A stretch of DNA of 24,398 bases, taken from IMG/VR virus record IMGVR_UViG_3300020044_006406, positions 1-24,398 of that record; one strand, 5' to 3'. The position numbers and the translations under genes were made by a program. Shown here piece by piece: positions 1 through 6,156 of the stretch. This stretch comes from a virus (taxonomy: Duplodnaviria; Caudoviricetes). Below the pieces are notes generated by a model. It ran no database searches. It worked only from the letters and a program-made list of their open reading frames with translations, and was not told the origin of the DNA. Every line of letters starts with the position of its first letter. Position 1 is the first letter of the stretch.

Positions 1-2
1 TA

Positions 3-137
3 GTGCTACTTAAAAATGTTGTAACTCCACTTGGAACTATCAAAAGACTGATGGAATGTCAAGATTGTGGTCAGGTTTACGAGATAAGCAACTCAGCATA
101 CAAACTTCATTTAGAAATGAAGGATAAGTTTAGCTAA
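3..137 (+). CDS. 3' end of a gene entering the window; C-terminal Zn-ribbon half (possibly an RNase H-like/YprB-type exonuclease)
   Basis: Manual translation of frame 3: VLLKNVVTPLGTIKRLMECQDCGQVYEISNSAYKLHLEMKDKFS*, with a CxxC motif; followed by a terminator. Family call is a tentative recollection. Confidence 0.6.
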   Translation: MLLKNVVTPLGTIKRLMECQDCGQVYEISNSAYKLHLEMKDKFS

Positions 138-164
138 GCGGTAAATAAAGGCGATAATCACCGC

Positions 165-198
165 AACCCCTAATAAATAAATTTATTAGGGGTTTTTT
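165..198. terminator. Intrinsic terminator between convergent genome arms
   Basis: AACCCCTAATAAAT-AA-ATTTATTAGGGGTT 14-bp stem followed by a T-run on +; lies between the + stop at 137 and the - stop at 200; preceded by a GCGGT/ACCGC hairpin (138-164). Confidence 0.85.
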
Positions 199-199
199 A

Positions 200-889
200 T
201 TACAACTCAAATATATTTCCATTACTGCTCAACTTACCGAACCTTCTATCTGTTACTACCGAGCCATTACTGAATATCGTATCGCAAATAGATAGCTTCA
301 TTGTTCCAGCATTAATGATGTCATCGCTATTGTGAATATGTCCGAATAACATTAGTTTTGGCTTTATTCTTGTTATAACGTGTCGTTTTAACGCTTTACA
401 GCCACAAAATTCTAATTTACCATCTCTATCTTCAGAAATATCTAATATTCCCTTAGGCGGTGTGTGAGTAATCAATATATCGACATCATCATCAACACTT
501 CGTTCCCAATGCCTATCTAACTTATCTCTACTTTTCATAAAACTCCAATTACCAAAGTTTGGCGATACTGGACTTCCGTGAATCTTTAATCCATCTATAT
601 GAATAAAATCATTCTCAAGGTATATAATTCCTTTTTCTCCGAAATCTGCAATTGACACCAACTTCTTTTCAATTGATGAATCGTGGTTTCCAGCTACATA
701 GATTTTAATTGGAATAGGTAATTTAGAATACCAATCAATAAATTTTCTAACTTCAGGTTCATTATTATAAGCATCTCTTACATTACTACAATCTCCTGAA
801 TGAATTACTATATCAATGTCTTTAGGAATTTCTAATAAATCGTGATAGCTATGCGTGTCGCTTATGTGCCAAATTCTTTTCTTTTTCAC
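200..889 (-). CDS. Calcineurin-like metallophosphoesterase
   Basis: Motifs ISDTH, HSGD, GNHD, THTPP and FGHIH in canonical order; GTG start. Confidence 0.93.
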   Translation of the reverse strand: MKKKRIWHISDTHSYHDLLEIPKDIDIVIHSGDCSNVRDAYNNEPEVRKFIDWYSKLPIPIKIYVAGNHDSSIEKKLVSIADFGEKGIIYLENDFIHIDGLKIHGSPVSPNFGNWSFMKSRDKLDRHWERSVDDDVDILITHTPPKGILDISEDRDGKLEFCGCKALKRHVITRIKPKLMLFGHIHNSDDIINAGTMKLSICDTIFSNGSVVTDRRFGKLSSNGNIFEL

Positions 890-992
890 GTTCTTTACAT
901 TTTTCTAACAGTTCTTTTGCTTTTTGTTTTTGCTCTGCGGCATACTCCCATATAGAGAGTCTTTTTTCTACTGTGTGTTTGCTATAAGCCAT
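849..992 (-). CDS. Small hypothetical protein (47 aa)
   Basis: Manual translation MAYSKHTVEKRLSIWEYAAEQKQKAKELLEKCKEREKEKNLAHKRHA*; fills the gap in the operon. Confidence 0.6.
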   Translation of the reverse strand: MAYSKHTVEKRLSIWEYAAEQKQKAKELLEKCKEREKEKNLAHKRHA

Positions 993-1129
993 TCTTTTCT
1001 AATTTTTTTAATGAAATCTTTTACTGCTCCTTCCATTTCTGTTGGTACACGTAACTGTAATATCTTGAAATCGTAATCCAAAGGCTTTCTTCCAGCCCCT
1101 TCTCTTTTTCCGCCTTGTGTATTACTCAT
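968..1129 (-). CDS. Small DNA-binding protein (GGxRxGAGRK motif plus ribbon-helix-helix-like region), 53 aa
   Basis: Manual translation MSNTQGGKREGAGRKPLDYDFKILQLRVPTEMEGAVKDFIKKIRKEWLIANTQ*. Confidence 0.75.
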   Translation of the reverse strand: MSNTQGGKREGAGRKPLDYDFKILQLRVPTEMEGAVKDFIKKIRKEWLIANTQ

Positions 1130-1301
1130 TGTCGTTTTGTATTAGTGAATAAATGTATTCCAATGTTTCAATCTCTCTCAATTGGGAATCAACTAACTTA
1201 ATAGCATCTTCAACTCCAATCTTCCAAAATGGCTCATTGTCTAACTCTCTTTTTGCTACTTCAATCATAGTGCTTATTTTAATCATTGCGTTTTCTTTCA
1301 T
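1122..1301 (-). CDS. Hypothetical protein (59 aa)
   Basis: Manual translation MKENAMIKISTMIEVAKRELDNEPFWKIGVEDAIKLVDSQLREIETLEYIYSLIQNDNE*; its stop overlaps the next start. Confidence 0.7.
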   Translation of the reverse strand: MKENAMIKISTMIEVAKRELDNEPFWKIGVEDAIKLVDSQLREIETLEYIYSLIQNDNE

Positions 1302-1315
1302 AGTTTATAATTTAG

Positions 1316-1389
1316 AAGCAAGGACAGGAATCGAACCTGTAACTTAACATATCTGCTCTGCTTTTTCCATTGTTTTAAGCTACCTTGCT
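1316..1389 (-). ncRNA. tRNA-like RNA with truncated anticodon arm
   Basis: Minus strand: AGCAAGG-TA-GCTT(AAAACAATGGAAA)AAGC-AG-AGCA(GATA)TGTT-AAGTT-ACAGG(TTCGATT)CCTGT-CCTTGCT-T. Perfect 7-bp acceptor stem and T arm; no 7-nt anticodon loop. Confidence 0.8.
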
Positions 1390-1527
1390 AACTGATGAGG
1401 TTGTGGGTGTTGAAAATTCAATCATAAGTACTCATCCCCTATTCTGCCCGATAGGACTTAACATTCGTGAGAAGCCAAATTTCTCCAATGTCTGTTGCTG
1501 TACATATTTGACATCAAGCAACTGCTG

Positions 1528-1587
1528 TTGTCAGGGTGGGAATCGAACCCACTTGTAGTTTAAACTACCGAACCATTTCGCCTGACT
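1528..1587 (-). ncRNA. Miniature (60-nt) tRNA-like RNA
   Basis: Minus strand: A-GTCAGG-CGAA(ATGG)TTCG-GTAGT(TTAA)ACTAC-AA-GTGGG(TTCGATT)CCCAC-CCTGAC-A-A. All four stems are Watson-Crick paired apart from an A1/A72 mismatch. Confidence 0.8.
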
Positions 1588-1638
1588 TCCCGACCGAGGA
1601 CACCTCAATCCCATTTTCGCTCTTATTCTATTACCCCT

Positions 1639-1941
1639 TTATTTCGAGCCAACCTGCTTATCCTTATATACGAGTTTTTCAGGGGTACAGGTATAATCTT
1701 CTTTATATTTAGTCCAAATTTCTACATCAAATCCGTTTTCACGGAGGGTTTTTATCACGTGGTCTTGGATTGGAGATAGCACTCCTTTAGGCTGTTTTAC
1801 CTCCACGAACATAGCTTTACCATTCTTTAATGCGAGTATGTCGGGAATCCCTGTAAGCGAGGTCTTTATGAGCTTTATTACTATCCATCCATCCTCTTGC
1901 AACTTTTTCTTAATCTGTGTCTGACGAGCTGACTCTAACAT
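1639..1941 (-). CDS. VRR-NUC domain nuclease (PD-(D/E)XK, resolvase-like)
   Basis: N-terminal LESxxQ, GIPDIL, FVEVK and LSPIQ motifs. Confidence 0.9.
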   Translation of the reverse strand: MLESARQTQIKKKLQEDGWIVIKLIKTSLTGIPDILALKNGKAMFVEVKQPKGVLSPIQDHVIKTLRENGFDVEIWTKYKEDYTCTPEKLVYKDKQVGSK

Positions 1942-2188
1942 ACCTTTTTATATTGTTATCATAATCACATTCAAACTCCAACAATCCGCTTCCATCTAAA
2001 TAAATAAATGTATATATCCAATGCCTTCTACCATATAAGTATGGCATATCCTCATTCAATCTAATCCCACTATATCTAATTTCTTTCCCTAATGGAGTTA
2101 GTTGAATACGTTGGTCTAACCAAAACTCAACACCTTTGAAATTTATACATTCAGGAGGTAGTGGTTTATATTCGATTGGCTTTTTCAT
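1910..2188 (-). CDS. Hypothetical protein
   Basis: 92-aa ORF in operon orientation, directly downstream of a TATATTTG promoter element. Confidence 0.7.
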   Translation of the reverse strand: MKKPIEYKPLPPECINFKGVEFWLDQRIQLTPLGKEIRYSGIRLNEDMPYLYGRRHWIYTFIYLDGSGLLEFECDYDNNIKRYVRVSSSDTD

Positions 2189-2432
2189 TTGACAAATATA
2201 ATACTTTTTTTAAAAATGGACAAATATTTTTAGGTATTATTTCAATATAATTATTTATATCAGATTTCTTATAAAATTTAGAATTTATATAGTAACCTAT
2301 ACTACCTCCGTTTTTAGTGCATTTTATAATTTTGCCAGTCTTACAATTTATTATCTTCTTACAAGTTGAAACCTTATAGTATGGATATTCTTTGAACTGC
2401 CACTTTACTGTAAAATTGATTTGTACTATCAT
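2166..2432 (-). CDS. Hypothetical protein resembling an isolated NUMOD4-like N-terminal domain
   Basis: YPYYKVSTCKKIINCKTGKIIK...GY pattern resembles the N-terminus of NUMOD4-HNH proteins; no HNH catalytic motif. Confidence 0.6.
   Translation of the reverse strand: MIVQINFTVKWQFKEYPYYKVSTCKKIINCKTGKIIKCTKNGGSIGYYINSKFYKKSDINNYIEIIPKNICPFLKKVLYLSNEKANRI
2188..2207 (-). promoter_or_regulatory. Bacteroidota sigma-70-type promoter (-7 element), repeat copy 1
   Basis: Minus strand AAAGTATTATATTTGTCAAA contains TAnnTTTG; identical at 3122-3141, 19/20 match at 10959-10978. Confidence 0.75.
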
Positions 2433-2545
2433 ATCTTAAATATTTAATAATCAATAAAATAATGTATAGTATTGTAACTGTTAGCAAGTAGTTATGCGTC
2501 AGCTTCGTGAGTATAACTATCATTTCGTTGAAGCCAACAATATGA

Positions 2546-2770
2546 TTATAAAAAATCATCTTCTGGCGCGTCTGGCAAATAAGCCCAATGGGATATCTGG
2601 AATTTATTTTCTTTTCCTGTTTCTAAAAACCTATAAATTCCGTCACTATGGTAATTTACAGTTATTCCAATCCCGCCATTATTTTGCGGACTATATGTCA
2701 ATACATTAATTCCATTTTCAGGGTCTTTTTCGTCTTCTGAAATCCAATTTATTATACTTTGATTTTTCAT
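2546..2770 (-). CDS. DUF551-like phage protein
   Basis: WIS...P...VL...ISHWAYLPDAP pattern typical of DUF551. Confidence 0.75.
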   Translation of the reverse strand: MKNQSIINWISEDEKDPENGINVLTYSPQNNGGIGITVNYHSDGIYRFLETGKENKFQISHWAYLPDAPEDDFL

Positions 2771-2775
2771 ATTTT

Positions 2776-2952
2776 TTAATTTAAGTGTAAACTTTCATTT
2801 TTAACCCACAATCTAATAAAAATTAAATCAATTTTAAATACCCAAAAAACTTCATATCTACCATAAGGAGGATTAAATTCTACTCCAATTCCTAACCCCA
2901 TTGGTTTTTTTGAAAAGCAAATTCTTCCTTCTAATCTAAAATCTTTACTCAT
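2776..2952 (-). CDS. Hypothetical protein (58 aa, MSKDFRLEG...)
   Basis: Internal ATG at 2952 has an A-rich leader; the longer start at 3012 lies inside the attC hairpin. Confidence 0.6.
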   Translation of the reverse strand: MSKDFRLEGRICFSKKPMGLGIGVEFNPPYGRYEVFWVFKIDLIFIRLWVKNESLHLN

Positions 2953-2980
2953 AATGTTTTGTTGTTTTAAAAAGCCGAAC

Positions 2981-3115
2981 GCATAACAACTGCTATATTC
3001 AATAGCGATCATCGGGTTTAATTCAATAATTTGTTTGTACTTGTTATTTTATGTCATCATCCGAAACTTGGTTTTGTGTTTTCCGCTACTGAAATATAGC
3101 AGTGAACCGTTATGC
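2981..3115 (+). repeat. attC-like recombination site (135 bp)
   Basis: R'' GCATAAC (2981-2987); arm ACTGCTATATT-CAATAGCG; variable centre; arm CGCTACTGAAATATAGCAGT; spacer GAACC; R' GTTATGC (3109-3115). TAACA...CGTTA polarity. Confidence 0.8.
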
Positions 3116-3121
3116 CTTATT

Positions 3122-3141
3122 TTTGACAAATATAATACTTT
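3122..3141 (-). promoter_or_regulatory. Promoter (-7 TATATTTG), repeat copy 2, firing through attC into the cassette genes
   Basis: 20-bp identity with 2188-2207; TTTG upstream at 3153-3156 is a possible -33 element. Confidence 0.75.
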
Positions 3142-3189
3142 AATTTGAATTACAAAATGTTTTCACGTTTAAAATAAATTTTTTTTTAT

Positions 3190-3894
3190 TTATACAAATA
3201 TAAACGGTAACTTTTTCTTTGTTCTTCCATTTATATAATGATTAAATCTATTGTAACTCCAACCTAAACTAAAAGCAGCGTCTTTTGCTGTATCATAATA
3301 AATACCTGTTTCTATATTTAACATTTGTTTTGAAAAACTATTATTTATTCCTTTTTGATTTTCACTTTTTATAATTCTTGTTTCTATACTGTCTTTTCTT
3401 CCAGCTCTTGTTTCTACACTTTTTTTAATAGATTCTGGACTCCTTTTCAATCCTGTTTGAGCAACAGACATTGCTTTTATATGAGATTCACTTAATTTTT
3501 TTCCTGTTAAAGATTCTGATATTCTTTTATTTCTTAACTTAATGTCTTTATAATTAGGAACTATGCCCTTTCTTGATTTTGATATTTTAAACTTACTTTC
3601 TTCACTTATTAATCCGCTTTTATCATTTGTCGTTGTTAGTCTACAATTTAAACCATTATTTAAAACATCATAAAAGTCCTGCCAATATCTTTCACGTTCA
3701 TTTAATAAGTCAATATCACATTCCTCTATAACTTCAAACTTATGATTTTCATATCCATATTTGTTTATAGAATAAAATATTTTAGTTTGATTTATTTTTA
3801 AATATTTATAGTCTGTAAATCTTTTTTTAATATTAATACTTTGTCCTATATAAACTCTGTTACTTGGACTTGTAATCTTATAAATTCCTATCAT
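3190..3894 (-). CDS. GIY-YIG homing endonuclease with NUMOD3 repeats and C-terminal NUMOD1-like HTH
   Basis: MIGIYKITSPSNRVYIGQS...R...E(RE)...N; repeats such as GKKLSESHIKAMS. Start placed at 3894 because upstream codons lie in a leader hairpin. Confidence 0.92.
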   Translation of the reverse strand: MIGIYKITSPSNRVYIGQSINIKKRFTDYKYLKINQTKIFYSINKYGYENHKFEVIEECDIDLLNERERYWQDFYDVLNNGLNCRLTTTNDKSGLISEESKFKISKSRKGIVPNYKDIKLRNKRISESLTGKKLSESHIKAMSVAQTGLKRSPESIKKSVETRAGRKDSIETRIIKSENQKGINNSFSKQMLNIETGIYYDTAKDAAFSLGWSYNRFNHYINGRTKKKLPFIFV

Positions 3895-3900
3895 AATAAT

Positions 3901-3980
3901 AAAAAACCTGCACATCAAAAGGTCGTAGTCTTTATCAATGCAGGAATTTAAAAAAGTTTTAGTTGTAGCTACGACTCTAC
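3901..3980 (-). ncRNA. Kissing-loop leader RNA, copy A
   Basis: GTAG(A-GTCGTAG)CTAC ... CCTGCAT-TGAT-AAAG(A-CTACGAC)CTTT-TGAT-GTGCAGG-TTTTTT; the two loops are exactly complementary. Confidence 0.75.
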
Positions 3981-3985
3981 TGGTG

Positions 3986-4000
3986 CAAATATAATAAATT
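3986..4000 (-). promoter_or_regulatory. Promoter for the GIY-YIG gene and its leader
   Basis: AATTTATTATATTTG (TAnnTTTG), with upstream TTTG at 4009-4012. Confidence 0.75.
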
Positions 4001-4013
4001 ATTTATTTCAAAC

Positions 4014-5240
4014 CTAATAGTCTTTCTTAAAATTTGATAATGTATAGTTTTTTTTGTTCATTACCGACTTGTAAATATTTTTTTCTATTGAGTTATTTCC
4101 TTTAGAAAATATCCAATATATATCGTTTGATGGTCTGTCAGAAGTCGTAAGTCGTGCCCTTGACTGCCAGTAACTTGTAGCACTAAAATCAATATTATAA
4201 TAGACAAGATACTTTGCGTTTTTTAAACTTATACCTTCACGACCTGACACGATTTGTAAAGCTATAACTTTATTTGTTGTATTAAATTCATCTAAATCTT
4301 CTGTCAAGTTTTCTGCTCCATATACTTGACGCAAAGCATTTAATTCTTCTTTAAACTTATAAAATATCCCAATCTTTTCGTTTTCAAACTTCCATTTAAT
4401 AAACTTTGCTTTACTATAATCAATAACCATCGATGTGCCATCCTCAAACTTACAAGTGCCACTTGATAATTGATGTACCTTCTGCATTAATTTAACGCCA
4501 GTATCTCCTAATATCAATCCGCTTTTACCTTGCACAATTTTATCACGTTTTAATCGCTTAATAATATCATAAGTAATATCCTCCATTTTACACTCCAATA
4601 TATGTTCGTTTACTTCTGAAGTAAAACCAGCTTGTGCTTGTGTAAAAGTTATAATATACGGTTGTATTTGTGGCAAAATTTTACTTTCAATACCATCTTT
4701 ATATACCTTTACTTTTGCATAACCTAAATTTTGCTCGGTAACATTTACATAATCATTCGCCCATTTGTAAAAGTTAGTGTAATGTTTGAATGGGGATTTG
4801 TCGGTTACCTGCAATTGATGATACCATTGAGAAAAACTCTCTGGCGTGGCAGTCCCTGATAAAAATATAATTGGTTTTTTATTAAATCTTTTACGGATGT
4901 CCTTTTGGTATTTACTTGCTTTTGGGAATGCAGCCAATCCGTGAGCTTCGTCAATTATAACTACATCAAAATCATTCTCCTCAATTGTATGCAATGATTC
5001 CTTGTTGATGATAGTTAGATTGTATAGATACCCAATGTTATCATAATCGCTTTTGATTGAGGAAAATGCCTTGATTTTAGTTATGAATAGCACACGTTCA
5101 GCACCGAAGTTATAAGCAGTTTCTAAAGCAGTAATTGTTTTACCAGTTCTCACTTCCATCGATAGGTAAACAAATCCACATTCTTTTAGGATTTTGGTAG
5201 CTTTTTTAGCTATTTCGTCTTGATAAGGTCTTAATTCCAT
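4014..5240 (-). CDS. Superfamily 2 (SNF2/DEAH-like) helicase
   Basis: Q motif LRPYQ, Walker A RTGKT, DEAH, LSGT, GREGISL, QSRAR. Confidence 0.92.
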   Translation of the reverse strand: MELRPYQDEIAKKATKILKECGFVYLSMEVRTGKTITALETAYNFGAERVLFITKIKAFSSIKSDYDNIGYLYNLTIINKESLHTIEENDFDVVIIDEAHGLAAFPKASKYQKDIRKRFNKKPIIFLSGTATPESFSQWYHQLQVTDKSPFKHYTNFYKWANDYVNVTEQNLGYAKVKVYKDGIESKILPQIQPYIITFTQAQAGFTSEVNEHILECKMEDITYDIIKRLKRDKIVQGKSGLILGDTGVKLMQKVHQLSSGTCKFEDGTSMVIDYSKAKFIKWKFENEKIGIFYKFKEELNALRQVYGAENLTEDLDEFNTTNKVIALQIVSGREGISLKNAKYLVYYNIDFSATSYWQSRARLTTSDRPSNDIYWIFSKGNNSIEKNIYKSVMNKKNYTLSNFKKDY

Positions 5241-5482
5241 TACTCGATTAATTTATCAATGTTAATGTTATGTTCCTCAAGTATATCTGATATTCCTTTT
5301 GCCATTGCATCTATTCCATCGAATACATCGTTATTAGTATTATCTATACTCTCAAATCTGCTATCCATTACCTTACGCAATTGTAATATATCAAACAAAG
5401 CACAAGCCATATCTAAAGACTGATTTACTCTATTAAACTCCATTTGGTCATCGGGTAAATTAAATTCTAATATTGCTCTCAT
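5240..5482 (-). CDS. Hypothetical phage protein (MRAILEFNLPDD...)
   Basis: ATG at 5482 overlaps the upstream stop; longer annotated start is unlikely. Confidence 0.75.
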   Translation of the reverse strand: MRAILEFNLPDDQMEFNRVNQSLDMACALFDILQLRKVMDSRFESIDNTNNDVFDGIDAMAKGISDILEEHNINIDKLIE

Positions 5483-5664
5483 AATTTCTCTATTTCTGAT
5501 TTTACATCGTACCAATATTTCTTTCCAGTTTCTTTTATCAATTCACTAACCATTAATAATGCAAATTGTTTTGAAAATTCATTCATAGAAACTCCCCTTG
5601 TGAAGTCCTTAGCCAAGTCATTGCAAGAGTTTACAAGCTCTATTGCTTTTAATCTTGCTTCCAT
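5479..5664 (-). CDS. Hypothetical phage protein
   Basis: 61-aa ORF coupled to neighbours; ends YWYDVKSEIEKL. Confidence 0.7.
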   Translation of the reverse strand: MEARLKAIELVNSCNDLAKDFTRGVSMNEFSKQFALLMVSELIKETGKKYWYDVKSEIEKL

Positions 5665-6152
5665 ATTAATGTTGTTTTATTTTTTCTATTACTTCTGAAA
5701 TAATTTTTTAAAGTATGATAATTAATTCCTAAATCTAATGAAGCTTCTTTTAAAGATTCATAAAGAATATTAGTTTTTGTGTCTAATACTTTTTTACTAA
5801 ATCTAAGTTTTACCCCATCAATTTGTTTATTAGTTATGGTTTTTAATCCATTTTTAAAAGCGTGTTTTATATTTTCGCTTCTTGTACACCATTCTAAATT
5901 AGAAATATTATTGTTTGCTTTATTTCCATCTATGTGATTAACATCTTTTTTACTTTCAATGTTATCTATAAATGTTTCAGCTACAAGTCTATGTACTTTT
6001 ATAGTTTTACTTTTATAGTTTCCTACATATAAACCTACTCTTTGATAACCTTGCTGGTCATAACTAAATTTTAAAAATTTGTTTGTTTTTGAACTAAATA
6101 CTAAACCTTCTTCAGTTACAAAATACTTTGGATATTGTTTTATTGCTTTCAT
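5649..6152 (-). CDS. NUMOD4-HNH homing endonuclease
   Basis: VHRLVAETF, VNHIDGNKANNNISNLEWCTRSENIKH; C-terminal YESLKEAS HTH. Confidence 0.93.
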   Translation of the reverse strand: MKAIKQYPKYFVTEEGLVFSSKTNKFLKFSYDQQGYQRVGLYVGNYKSKTIKVHRLVAETFIDNIESKKDVNHIDGNKANNNISNLEWCTRSENIKHAFKNGLKTITNKQIDGVKLRFSKKVLDTKTNILYESLKEASLDLGINYHTLKNYFRSNRKNKTTLIWKQD

Positions 6153-6156
6153 AATA

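Larger units (their letters stand above)
2492..3109 (+). mobile_element. Integron-type gene cassette (618 bp) carrying two ORFs inverted relative to attC
   Basis: Starts at G|TTATGCGTCAGCTT (2491) and ends in attC at G|TTATGC (3109); the cassette start is complementary to AAGCCGAACGCATAAC at the attC R'' end. Confidence 0.7.

Noticed and set aside
1153-1347. Plus-strand 64-aa ORF
   Set aside because: Antisense shadow of the 59-aa gene and the tRNA-like T arm.
1392-1420. CTGATGAG...GAAA on the plus strand resembling a hammerhead ribozyme core
   Set aside because: Intervening GTTGTGGGTGTT cannot form a proper stem II, and I found no matching stems I/III with a cleavage triplet.
1316-1587. Assigning amino-acid identities as functional tRNAs
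   Set aside because: Neither element has a 7-nt anticodon loop, so no anticodon can be read.
1632-1692. HDV-like/theta ribozyme
   Set aside because: No 3-bp P3 with a CC-containing loop, segment too long, no G1, no catalytic C before P2', and it lies 5' rather than 3' of the tRNA-like RNAs. Kept only as a pseudoknot.
2374-2709. ORFs 2374-2559 (-) and 2494-2709 (+)
   Set aside because: They run across the recombination junction and palindromes or lie antisense to the DUF551-like gene; no recognisable motifs.
3190-6152. Group I introns or inteins around the endonuclease genes
   Set aside because: Flanking genes appear intact, each endonuclease has its own promoter, and no intron core or split gene is evident.
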